Origin: a virus
Taxonomy: Duplodnaviria > Caudoviricetes
Length of the DNA stretch: 56,530 nucleotides
IMG/VR virus record: IMGVR_UViG_3300018077_000001
Coordinates: 1-56,530 of that record
Direction: 5' to 3' (one strand)
A program made the position numbers and the translations under genes. The notes beneath the pieces are model-generated. The model was not told the origin of the DNA. It saw nothing but the letters and a program-made list of their open reading frames with translations, and did no database searches. Positions 7,914-16,304 of the stretch are shown here, one piece after another; the stretch's first letter is position 1, and the number at the start of each line of letters is the position of its first letter.

Positions 7914-8709
7914 CGCCCACCTCCTCCAGATTCTCGGGCACCCGGATCTGCATCTTCGGATGGCATTCTGAGCACAGCGTCCGAAGATTGTGCATGGCGT
8001 TGTCGCCGCCCCACGCCAGCGGTATGACGTGATCGCACTCCAGCTCCAGGCCCAACGTCAGCAACAAGGCCTCCGCCCGCTTGCATCGCTGGCAGGTTCG
8101 ATGGTCACGCTCAAACACCTTCTGCCGCAGCTCGGGCCAATCAGCCGGGTACTTATCCTCCGGCACGATCGGCGTGTAAATATCCTCCGGCCGCGGCAGC
8201 AGGGCCATCAACTGCTCGGGGTCCACCTTCTCATGCAACGTAGCGGAGATCGTGGCTTTAGGTGTCTTGCCAGTCACGACAAAGGCTGGTCGCACGTTGG
8301 CGGGAAGCGCCTGCACCGTGGCTTCGAACGTCGGTTCATCAACCGTCTCGATCACCGCCGCGGGGAGATTCTTCCTGCACCATTCGAGCGCCTTTTCCCT
8401 GTCGTACTGGACGAACCCATGCTCCTGAACTCCGATACCCGGGATCGGGGTCTTCAGCCCCAACTCCGCAAACCCATCCAGCGCCAGCTCTCGCAGCTTC
8501 AACTCCTCCAGATCCACGTCGGACTGAACCAGCGACAGCTTCAGCTCGTTGTTCAGCCACTCAGGGCGCATCACCAGCTCAGCCTGCAGGTTGCGCCGGA
8601 TCGACTTCAACTGCTCCAGCTGTATCCTCAGCACCGCTACGATCAGCGCCTCCTCCCTCAGCTCCAAGATGAATTTCTCGGGCGGGGTCAACTTCGGTTT
8701 CTTTGCCAT
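7888..8709 (-). CDS. Coiled-coil (Gam/Gp157-like) domain fused to a C-terminal HNH nuclease
   Basis: N-terminal coiled coil and YDREKALEWC; C-terminal VFERDHRTCQRC...CDHVIPLAWGGDNAMHNLRTLCSECH. Confidence 0.8.
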   Translation of the reverse strand: MAKKPKLTPPEKFILELREEALIVAVLRIQLEQLKSIRRNLQAELVMRPEWLNNELKLSLVQSDVDLEELKLRELALDGFAELGLKTPIPGIGVQEHGFVQYDREKALEWCRKNLPAAVIETVDEPTFEATVQALPANVRPAFVVTGKTPKATISATLHEKVDPEQLMALLPRPEDIYTPIVPEDKYPADWPELRQKVFERDHRTCQRCKRAEALLLTLGLELECDHVIPLAWGGDNAMHNLRTLCSECHPKMQIRVPENLEEVGDERLPDNR

Positions 8710-9877
8710 CGTATCCTTCTCCCATCTCCTGCCGGGCAATCGCCTCGGCTTCCTTCATCGACAGCACACTTGGCATGTGCAACCCACCTCCTTTGTCCTC
8801 GGGCCTGAGCCAATCGAGCAGGGCACGCGACTGTGGCCCGGTCAGATCCTCAGCCTTCGGGTTTCCAAACAAGAACTGCAGCACGGCCTGTTGACGTTCG
8901 TTCTGCCGGCCCTCGAAGCAGTCTCTCAGCTGAGACGCCGCGTATGGCCCGATCTCCGACCTGCCGATCTTCGTATCCCGCGGCGTATCCTTGAACTGAA
9001 CGGCCTTGACCGTAACAGACGACTTGACTGTTGCCGGGTCATACGGCCGATCGCCCGGCTTGCCGCGCGACGGCACCCCCACCTCAGTCTTTGGACCGCC
9101 CTCCGGCGTCACATCAATCCACTCGTTCTCGACGATGTAAGCGTTCGGGTCAGTCGGCGCATGCTCAACAAACTGAGCCATATTCACGTGCGCCCCCCAC
9201 CGCTGCTTCAACGCCTCGATGTACGCCCGCTTCTTGGCCCGGTTGACGTGCGGCATCTTGTTCTTGCCTTTTTCCAGATCGGTTTTGTCCTCCACCGTCA
9301 CACACCCATAGCCAATGTCGGACGGCGGGGCCACGCCCAGCCGCTCATCCATCATCTGACTCGACATGCCCTCTTCCTTCAGCTCCTTCCTGCGACCGTA
9401 ATACTCGTTGGCCGTCCGGTGATCGGTCACGTCCGCACGGAACACCAGATCGGTCGTTGCGAACCCCAGCTCGACCTTCTCCCGCTCATCCTTGATCTGC
9501 GTGTACCGGGCCGGCAGGAGGTACGTTCCGTCCCGCCGCGCCGCTTCCTCGGCCAGTCGGATCGTTCCATCCCTGCCGCGCATGATCGTGAGCATGCGCT
9601 TTCCCTTGTTGGCACCGTAGTCTGGAATTGAAATCCAGTACCACAGCTCCGGCTGAGGCTGAAACGGCGACAGACCAGTGGCGATCGCTGCCTGACCCAC
9701 TAACAGCGCCTCATCGAACAGGACCGGAGTTTTTCCGTGGTCGGTCTTCATCAGGCGGTCGGCCACGATCCGAACCACCTTACTGGAGCCGTAGCGGGCC
9801 AACGGACTTGCATCATCCGCTAGACCGTGAAACAGGGCGACGGCTCTTGTCTCACCCTCCTGCGTTTGGTCGCTCAT
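8579..9877 (-). CDS. RecT/Red-beta-like single-strand annealing protein
   Basis: ATGLSPF..ELWYW...IMRGRDGTIRLA...RAKKRAYIEALK follows the RecT/Bet motif order; AAGGAGG RBS. Confidence 0.65.
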   Translation of the reverse strand: MSDQTQEGETRAVALFHGLADDASPLARYGSSKVVRIVADRLMKTDHGKTPVLFDEALLVGQAAIATGLSPFQPQPELWYWISIPDYGANKGKRMLTIMRGRDGTIRLAEEAARRDGTYLLPARYTQIKDEREKVELGFATTDLVFRADVTDHRTANEYYGRRKELKEEGMSSQMMDERLGVAPPSDIGYGCVTVEDKTDLEKGKNKMPHVNRAKKRAYIEALKQRWGAHVNMAQFVEHAPTDPNAYIVENEWIDVTPEGGPKTEVGVPSRGKPGDRPYDPATVKSSVTVKAVQFKDTPRDTKIGRSEIGPYAASQLRDCFEGRQNERQQAVLQFLFGNPKAEDLTGPQSRALLDWLRPEDKGGGLHMPSVLSMKEAEAIARQEMGEGYDGKETEVDPAREIHLGAEGGGADRSGAEDTAGAVEVDPAQPAG

Positions 9878-9901
9878 TGCGACCTCCTTTCTCACTGAGA
9901 A

Positions 9902-9933
9902 ATTGTAGCTCTGACGCTTCGGTTAGTCAATGA
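9902..9933 (-). promoter_or_regulatory. sigma70 promoter of the recombination operon
   Basis: TCA-TTGACT(9925-9930)-17 nt-TACAAT(9902-9907). Confidence 0.8.
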
Positions 9934-10001
9934 AAAAAGGCGCACGCGGCACTATTCCCCAGACTCCTTTCCTCAGATTTGCAGCCTTACGCGTACGCCC
10001 T
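9933..10001 (-). terminator. Large-loop terminator-like stem with U tract
   Basis: AGGGCGTACGCG pairs with CGCGTGCGCCTT (12 bp, 2 GU) around a 41-nt loop, followed by TTTT. Confidence 0.55.
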
Positions 10002-10007
10002 AGCTGC

Positions 10008-10307
10008 CTACTTGGGCGGTGTGGCCGGCTCGCCGCTGGTCAGGAATTCCTCGGTCCAATTGATCAGCGTCTGTATCCGCTCCTGATCCAGCTCGGCCTC
10101 ACAATAGCGGATGGTGCAGACCGCGAAGACATCGGTCACAATGTTTCCGTCGAGTCCCTCTTCGGTCCGCACGTCAATCTGCCAGTGATGGGCATGCTCA
10201 TCGCCATCCCCGCGGGCTTCTTCAGCCTCAAACTGCGCCATCGTCATTCTCGGCTCCCCGTGTAGATCCGCCCACTCGTCCGTGTTCATCTGTACGCCTC
10301 CATCCAT
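10008..10307 (-). CDS. Hypothetical acidic protein
   Basis: ORF in early operon with His/Cys motifs. Confidence 0.6.
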   Translation of the reverse strand: MDGGVQMNTDEWADLHGEPRMTMAQFEAEEARGDGDEHAHHWQIDVRTEEGLDGNIVTDVFAVCTIRYCEAELDQERIQTLINWTEEFLTSGEPATPPK

Positions 10308-10393
10308 CCTCGGCTCTTACAAACTCGGCTCGCTCGAACTCAACCTTCTCGACCAGCCGTTTCCGGCCAGTCCGATAATCCAGCTCCCACACC

Positions 10394-10588
10394 CTATCTC
10401 CGACCTGAACGACGGCTTTCACGTCGCAACCCTCTAACCATCTTCCGGTTGACCGCGTTCTGAAACAGATCGGGCGGCCCCCCGTGAAAGACCCGGTTCC
10501 CACGCTTGAACACATGCACCCACACCCACGTCAGCAACCGATCGGTCAACCACCAGCCGCCGATCTCAGGCTGTGCCTGCATCGTCAC
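10394..10588 (-). CDS. Hypothetical protein
   Basis: GGAGG RBS; operon packing. Confidence 0.45.
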   Translation of the reverse strand: MTMQAQPEIGGWWLTDRLLTWVWVHVFKRGNRVFHGGPPDLFQNAVNRKMVRGLRRESRRSGRR

Positions 10589-10931
10589 CTCCGACAGCCT
10601 TGGCGATCCCGGCCGTGTCCACGTCGAGCCATTCCTTCATACCAAGCAGCGAGGCCATGTGACGCAAGGCGGCCTCCACTTCGGGCACGCCGTAGGGATT
10701 GCTGTGTTTGCTCCCGCGGTTGCCCTTGGCCCATTCGAGAACGGCGGCTAGATGAGCGAGGGTGATCGGCGTTCCTGCGATCAGATCGGCGTTGGCATAG
10801 ACCTCCGAGTCTTCGCTTCCCATCTCGAACAAGACCCTCGCAACACGCCGACCGACCGCAACGACAACCGGAGCGCCACCATCCAACTTCCCCACTTTCC
10901 ACGGCCCGGGCGTAAATCTGTATTCGCTCAT
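10566..10931 (-). CDS. Hypothetical phage protein
   Basis: FTPGPW...ANADLIA motif recurrent in phage early genes. Confidence 0.75.
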   Translation of the reverse strand: MSEYRFTPGPWKVGKLDGGAPVVVAVGRRVARVLFEMGSEDSEVYANADLIAGTPITLAHLAAVLEWAKGNRGSKHSNPYGVPEVEAALRHMASLLGMKEWLDVDTAGIAKAVGGDDAGTA

Positions 10932-11254
10932 GCCGTCTCCTCCCCGGCCTCGACCAGATTGCCCTCTTCATCCTCGACCGCCTCGATCTGGTCAAGGTCG
11001 CCCTCCTCGCATTCCGGGCACGCGGCTTCGGCAATCTTGGACGCAAACTTGTTGCAGTCGGGACACTGATGCGATTCGCCGTTCAGCGAATTGTTCCGGC
11101 TGAAGACAGTGCCGCAGTTGTTGCACTCGTACAGTGGGTTCCCGGGATCAACCGCCTCCTCACGAACCAGCTCCTCACAACTCTGACACTTGTAGGCCGT
11201 GATCGTTTCTTCGCTCATCTCAATACTCTCCATGCTCTCGCCCATCGGCTCCAA
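10928..11254 (-). CDS. Multi-CxxC zinc-ribbon protein
   Basis: CQSC, CNNC, CPDC, CPEC. Confidence 0.75.
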   Translation of the reverse strand: MEPMGESMESIEMSEETITAYKCQSCEELVREEAVDPGNPLYECNNCGTVFSRNNSLNGESHQCPDCNKFASKIAEAACPECEEGDLDQIEAVEDEEGNLVEAGEETA

Positions 11255-11435
11255 CGTAGGTCGGAAACTCCGGGCGCTCTGGCGGCTCGACGCCTTTCAG
11301 CGCCAGTCGCTTGAGGCGTCGGTCGTCCACGGCGGTCAACTCACACCCGGACGCATGGGTCACTAGGACCCGCTTGCTGTTTACTCGCAGATACGGCCGA
11401 CCACAGATTGGGCATTCCATCTCACTCCACTCCAT
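11220..11435 (-). CDS. Small Zn-finger hypothetical protein
   Basis: CPICG...H..GC. Confidence 0.55.
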   Translation of the reverse strand: MEWSEMECPICGRPYLRVNSKRVLVTHASGCELTAVDDRRLKRLALKGVEPPERPEFPTYVGADGREHGEY

Positions 11436-11500
11436 CCATCGGGCCGAGGTGCCCGCTTCCGGGGTCGACTCGCGTCGGCCCCGGCCTGCCGGAACCCCGG

Positions 11501-11737
11501 TCAGTCGTTGAACACGACCAGCGTGTGCCCTAGCAACGACCGATACACCGTCTTGAACTCATCGCGGGTCTGAAGCAGGAACACCACCGAGATGTTCGCC
11601 GCTCGCAGGACGATCCGGCTCGGCCATTGCCCAACATTCAATCCGATGTTGGACGCCTCGGTCGAATACTCAGTGCCCCGAAGAAACACATCTTTCCGGG
11701 CAACATCCCACGTTCCACTGCTTCCAAGTTTGCCCAT
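11501..11737 (-). CDS. Hypothetical protein
   Basis: STEASNIG..VGQWP...LVVFND. Confidence 0.7.
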   Translation of the reverse strand: MGKLGSSGTWDVARKDVFLRGTEYSTEASNIGLNVGQWPSRIVLRAANISVVFLLQTRDEFKTVYRSLLGHTLVVFND

Positions 11738-11753
11738 CTCAGCTTCCCTTCCG

Positions 11754-11957
11754 TCAGCTAACGCTGACCCACTTCATGCACGTCTGGAGCAGGTGATCGT
11801 AGTCACCGCCCGTCGCCTCCGAAAAGAAGGCACTGATCTCCGCGGCCGGGACATGGGCATGCTTCATCGCCCGCTGCACCGTTCCGAGGACGGCGAAGGC
11901 ATTTCCATCGCCTCCCACCAATTCAACTTCGATCTCCGGATACTTCGGTTCGCTCAT
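11754..11957 (-). CDS. Conserved small phage early protein
   Basis: LVGGDGNAFAVLG...EATGGDYDHLLQTC; first gene after a repeat promoter. Confidence 0.85.
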   Translation of the reverse strand: MSEPKYPEIEVELVGGDGNAFAVLGTVQRAMKHAHVPAAEISAFFSEATGGDYDHLLQTCMKWVSVS

Positions 11958-11964
11958 CGGTCCT

Positions 11965-12023
11965 ATCTCCTTTCATCCTAGGATAAGCCTAGCAGGTTGG
12001 CCGGGGTTTGTCAATGAGTAATG
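11965..12023 (-). promoter_or_regulatory. Repeat-family promoter with RBS leader
   Basis: CATTACTCA-TTGACA(12009-12014)-17 nt-TAGGCT; spacer identical to the 2648 copy; AGGATGAAAGGAGAT leader. Confidence 0.88.
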
Positions 12024-12171
12024 TAATGGTAGGAGCTTGGGGCGATTTGGGGATGCTAAGGGTCGTCGGGAGCTGGTAGAAAAAGGTCTAAATGGGGCCT
12101 TTGCGGGCCGGAATTGAGTTTTGGGTATTGGGATAGGTGGAAGTGCCAAATGGCTCGTTGTAGGCTCAGAT

Positions 12172-12207
12172 AAACAGTGAGGCCCCGATTGCCGGTCGGG
12201 GCCTCAC
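12172..12207 (-). terminator. Intrinsic terminator ending the late operon
   Basis: gtgaggccccga-7 nt-tcggggcctcac 12-bp stem followed by TGTTT. Confidence 0.8.
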
Positions 12208-12235
12208 GCACTAAGGAGGAGAGGAAGAACCGCGA

Positions 12236-12652
12236 CTACGAATGACGGGCGCTGTCGCCGTATACGCCTTCTTTGATCCCGCGGTAGGCTTTCTGGCTGA
12301 ACAGCCAGTTGATCGCCCACAGCAAGATCTGTTCCATGAACGGCGGGACGCTGGCAAGTCCACCCAGCGCCATCACAGATTGAGCCGTGAAAGCGAACAA
12401 TCCGGTCAGTGCGATCGGGGTGAGCACCTTGATCCAGCGCGGGAACGTCGGCGCGTGCCATCCCGACCAGTTCTCCAGCAGGTACGCGATCACGTAGCCG
12501 GCCAACACGCCCGAGCCACCGCCCGAGATGATCCAGGCCAGCACTTCCTCAAGATCACTGAAGTCACCCTGCGTCGCTGCTATCAACATCACAGTCAGCG
12601 AAGCGATCAGCAACAGCACAAACCTCATCCTGATCATCATTCTATTAAGCAT
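12236..12652 (-). CDS. Multi-TM membrane protein, holin candidate
   Basis: 3-4 hydrophobic segments and a charged C-terminus; last gene of the late operon. Confidence 0.6.
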   Translation of the reverse strand: MLNRMMIRMRFVLLLIASLTVMLIAATQGDFSDLEEVLAWIISGGGSGVLAGYVIAYLLENWSGWHAPTFPRWIKVLTPIALTGLFAFTAQSVMALGGLASVPPFMEQILLWAINWLFSQKAYRGIKEGVYGDSARHS

Positions 12653-12653
12653 C

Positions 12654-13592
12654 TCATCTCCTTCCTGGCGACCGCAACCAAGAGTACACGGTCCACCCGA
12701 TTATCAGTGACATTACACCAAACACCAACGCGATCGAGATTACGGCATCGTTGTCGGTCGCCCTCTCCTCAGGCGTCATGGTCGGAAACGGTGTCCTCGT
12801 CGATCTCGGCGTCGGAGTTGCTACAGCTGTAGCAACTCCGACCGGCTCGGGCCTCGGCTCCTCGATCAGGCCCAACAGATCTTGCTCGATCAGCCGGGGA
12901 ACTGTCGGCTGGTGAAAACTGACCCACTCGCCTCGGATGCGCCATGAGTTGCCGGCTCGATACAGCAAGCGCGGCTCTCGGTATTCCTGCCAATACTCGT
13001 CGCGGGTCACGAACGTCACGCGGTCCAGAAACCACTGCCTCAGCTCGACCGGCTCTCCGGCCACGAATTCGGGCGGCAGCTTCGAAACCTCCACCCCGTC
13101 GATGCGCCACTTCAGAACCTTGTACCGGCTGTTGTACGGCTTGACCATTCCCCAGCGTAGCGCCGTCTCGTAGCCCAGCTCCGCGACTTCTCCCCGATGC
13201 ACGATCGTCCCGTACAGATCGTTCCGCTGAGCACAATCCACGATCAGGAATGGCCCCTCCCACTCACGCTCCGGCCCGCGGATCCAAACGTCAAGTCCAA
13301 TGTCTGCACAGGACAGCCCTGAGACACCATCCACGTATCCGTCAAGCGACAGACCTCTTGCACGGGCCGTACCCTCCATGACACCCGGCCCATAGAAGAC
13401 GACCCCTCCGACGGCATAGGTTGGAGATCCAACGAACCAGCTCTCCAGCGTCGGCCAGCCCGGAACGAAGTCTCCATACCACCAATAGCCGTCCACCACG
13501 TCCGCGTCGTTGCATTCTTCGGACTCGGACTCATCGTGGCAGGCATAGGCGGTGTAATGCCCCGGCAGTTGTGGGAGAAGCGTCAGGATCAA
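12654..13592 (-). CDS. Secreted, C-terminally anchored protein with an RlpA/DPBB-like cell-wall domain
   Basis: FYGPGVME...CADIG..VWIR...EGPFLIVDC; Pro/Thr linker; C-terminal TM with basic tail. The frame stays open to CTG 13640, which would complete a signal peptide. Confidence 0.55.
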   Translation of the reverse strand: MILTLLPQLPGHYTAYACHDESESEECNDADVVDGYWWYGDFVPGWPTLESWFVGSPTYAVGGVVFYGPGVMEGTARARGLSLDGYVDGVSGLSCADIGLDVWIRGPEREWEGPFLIVDCAQRNDLYGTIVHRGEVAELGYETALRWGMVKPYNSRYKVLKWRIDGVEVSKLPPEFVAGEPVELRQWFLDRVTFVTRDEYWQEYREPRLLYRAGNSWRIRGEWVSFHQPTVPRLIEQDLLGLIEEPRPEPVGVATAVATPTPRSTRTPFPTMTPEERATDNDAVISIALVFGVMSLIIGWTVYSWLRSPGRR

Positions 13593-13693
13593 GCTGGCGG
13601 CCGAGGCGACGGCGGCGCAGACCCATCGGCGCGTTCTCAGAACGCAAGGATTATCCGCTCACTCTCTCAGCCACGACCCGTACATCGGTACTA

Positions 13694-14068
13694 TCAAGGA
13701 CCAACGAACCCCTCTACGACGTTCATCAGCTCATGCCTTCCACTGGGGAAGTCCACTTTCTTACCGGCCACGTCCGTCACCCGGAAGTAAAACTCGTAAC
13801 CCTTCTGTGTCAGCAGGAACTCGGTGCCGGCCGGCGACAGCGTGACCTTCCCATTCGGTGCATCGGTGATCGCAACGATTGGCGATCCATCGGTGCTCTT
13901 ATACGTCGTCACCACGTCGTCCGACTTCCGTTTGACATGCAGCTCCAGAAGCCCGGCACCCGTGAGATTGACGGCCGTCTCCTCGCCCGTCACGCGATCC
14001 TTCGTTTTCAGCACGAAGACCAGCGGTGTAGTGATCTGCTCTCGAATCTCAACTAAGGCATGCGGCAT
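13694..14068 (-). CDS. BppU N-terminal-like beta-sandwich structural protein
   Basis: AVNLTGA...ITDAPNGKVTL...Y.FYFRVT..GKKVDFPS. Confidence 0.7.
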   Translation of the reverse strand: MPHALVEIREQITTPLVFVLKTKDRVTGEETAVNLTGAGLLELHVKRKSDDVVTTYKSTDGSPIVAITDAPNGKVTLSPAGTEFLLTQKGYEFYFRVTDVAGKKVDFPSGRHELMNVVEGFVGP

Positions 14069-14076
14069 CCCTCACC

Positions 14077-15255
14077 TCACAGATCGAACCACTTCAGTAT
14101 ACGGCGATCACTGTCCACAATCACTACCCGCACGTCGGTATCAAGCAACCCCACCATCCGGTCGGGCGTGAGCACGGTCAGTAGCGTCTCCTCGACCCCA
14201 ATCGGCACGCCGACGACAGGAGCGACGATCTGGACTAAGAACTGCCGCGGCTCGACCGGATACGGACGCCCTCGCAGCATGTCGGGGTACGTCGGCTCCC
14301 AAGCCAGCGGCGGCACGGGCGCGGGGACGGGGATAACGAACGTGCCAAAGAAAGCAGTCTGCTCATAGGTCAGATAAGTCCGGGCGGCAATCCGATCGGG
14401 AAACTGGACGGAAACTGTTGGTGTGGGCGTGAACCCCGACCAAACGAACGCCGGTCTGAGCGCAGCACCAAGCACGCGACGGATGAACAGATAATTCGGG
14501 TACTCCGGCTCCCAACCAAGAGGCGGAACGGGCAGATTCGGAAGCCCACCTGTCCAGAACAACGCCTGCTGCTCATCGGTCGGATAGATCCGCCGTTGGA
14601 GCCTGTCCGGGTAGACGACAGTGACCGGGTTGACCGGCGCGGCCGGTGCGGGCGTAAACCCTGACCAGAACAGCTCTTGCTGATCAACGATCGACTTCCG
14701 GCTGTCAATCTTGACCGGATACTCAGGCTCCCAGCCGAGAGGCGGGACCGGTAGGTTGGGAAGCCCCGCAGTCCAGAACTCTGCCTGTTGATCGGCGGTC
14801 GGGTACGTGGGCCGAACCAGCCTAGACGGGTATTCCGGCTCCCATGAGAGAGGTGGAATGGGGAGGTTCGGCAGACCCGGAACCCAAAACTCGGCGGCCT
14901 GCTCACTGGCTAGGTACTGCGGTCGAACAAGCCGGGCCGGGTACTCGGGTTCCCAAGACAGCGGCGGGATAGGAAGGTTCCCAAGACCCGGGACCCAAAA
15001 CTCCGCCTGCTGCTCCGCAGTCGGATACGTTGGGCGTGTGAGCCTGTCGGGATATTGAGATCCCCAAGACAGTTCTGGAACCGCGGGAGCGGCGGCTGGG
15101 GTGAAACTCGACCAGAAGAAGGCCGGGACGAGGGCGGCGTGAAGGATCTTGCGCGCGATCGTCTCGGGCCAGTAGCCCTGCCACGACGCGGAGGGGGGGA
15201 CCGCAGGAACCGGGAGCGGTTCAGCGTAGCCCTGATACTGCGTGGGTTTGGGCAT
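14077..15255 (-). CDS. Pro/Trp-rich ~37-aa tandem repeat protein
   Basis: About 8 copies of LP.PPL.WEPEYP.RL.RP.Y...EQ.AEFW..GLPN. Confidence 0.85.
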   Translation of the reverse strand: MPKPTQYQGYAEPLPVPAVPPSASWQGYWPETIARKILHAALVPAFFWSSFTPAAAPAVPELSWGSQYPDRLTRPTYPTAEQQAEFWVPGLGNLPIPPLSWEPEYPARLVRPQYLASEQAAEFWVPGLPNLPIPPLSWEPEYPSRLVRPTYPTADQQAEFWTAGLPNLPVPPLGWEPEYPVKIDSRKSIVDQQELFWSGFTPAPAAPVNPVTVVYPDRLQRRIYPTDEQQALFWTGGLPNLPVPPLGWEPEYPNYLFIRRVLGAALRPAFVWSGFTPTPTVSVQFPDRIAARTYLTYEQTAFFGTFVIPVPAPVPPLAWEPTYPDMLRGRPYPVEPRQFLVQIVAPVVGVPIGVEETLLTVLTPDRMVGLLDTDVRVVIVDSDRRILKWFDL

Positions 15256-16304
15256 TATCTACCGGGGATCGGCCCCGAGGGGATCATCTTGGGGACCAGC
15301 AGATCCGTCCGATCGGGATATTCACCCTGCCAGGTCAGCGGATCTAACGCGGCCGCGGCGAACACCCGCTGCACCCGCTCAGGATTGATCGCCGCCTTAT
15401 AGACCCGCTTCGGGTCCTCCACGAAGGTCGTGCCGGTATAGGTGCCGTCAAATGAGTTGTCGGTGTAGTCATTAGCAGTGGTCGGACTTCCAGCGTCCCA
15501 TAGAATCCACTGTAGCTCCATGTACAGGTCTTGCGGAAGATAGAGTTTGTCCCGCAATTCGACATAGGTCAACCGCTCTTGGGTCGTCCAGGCCGCGGCC
15601 AACTTCTTCCAGAAGCGGGCGTAGGCGATGTCGCCGTCCCAGAACTCGGTGGGGGTGGCGACGCTGCTCGCCCCCACCGTGAAGTTGAGGGCATTGGTCG
15701 GGCTGCCCAGGAGGATGGAATTGGTCGGCCCGGCAAGGGTGGCATCCTTCCAGAGGTAGAGGTCGTCGTTCGCCGCTGCCACCGCATTCAGCACCCCGGT
15801 TCCGGCGTACCAGGTCCCGGCGACAAGGGCAGTTGCGTTCTCCACGATTACTACGTCTGTCCCATCGGCCACCCGGAATTCCAGCAGCTCGGTCGCATCC
15901 ATCGCCAGGGTGTAGCCCGCCCCGGCACCGATGGCCCCCTTCTTATTGGCAATCCGACGCACCACGGTTGAAATCGCATCGAGCTTGAACAGCGACTGGA
16001 TGGCACAGCTATCGGTGTCCACCAGATCGAGGGTTGCATCATCAGCACCCCGACGTATTCGATCATCTACCGCGTCGAAGTTCCGGCCCCCGCCCGCGAT
16101 GGGGTGGGGCAAATCGAGCCGATAGCCACGGTCAATCAGGTCTGATAGCATGTCCCGACCCCGCTCGGTCCAGCCCCATTGCCGCAACCACTTCTTTCGG
16201 TCCCGGCGCATCTTAAGGTGAGCATCCTGCTCAAGATCAGGCGACCACTCGATTGAGGGAACCAGCAGTGTCCGATTACCAATCTGCTTGCGAAAGAATC
16301 TCAT
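15255..16304 (-). CDS. LamG/concanavalin A-like domain virion protein
   Basis: GTWYAGTGV, LYLWKD, FTVGA, FWDGDIAYARFW, AND..NSFDGTY. Confidence 0.75.
   Translation of the reverse strand: MRFFRKQIGNRTLLVPSIEWSPDLEQDAHLKMRRDRKKWLRQWGWTERGRDMLSDLIDRGYRLDLPHPIAGGGRNFDAVDDRIRRGADDATLDLVDTDSCAIQSLFKLDAISTVVRRIANKKGAIGAGAGYTLAMDATELLEFRVADGTDVVIVENATALVAGTWYAGTGVLNAVAAANDDLYLWKDATLAGPTNSILLGSPTNALNFTVGASSVATPTEFWDGDIAYARFWKKLAAAWTTQERLTYVELRDKLYLPQDLYMELQWILWDAGSPTTANDYTDNSFDGTYTGTTFVEDPKRVYKAAINPERVQRVFAAAALDPLTWQGEYPDRTDLLVPKMIPSGPIPGR

Noticed and set aside
14480-15050. 111-bp repeats as a DGR template/variable pair
   Set aside because: They are in-frame coding repeats with differences not limited to adenines, and no reverse transcriptase is present.
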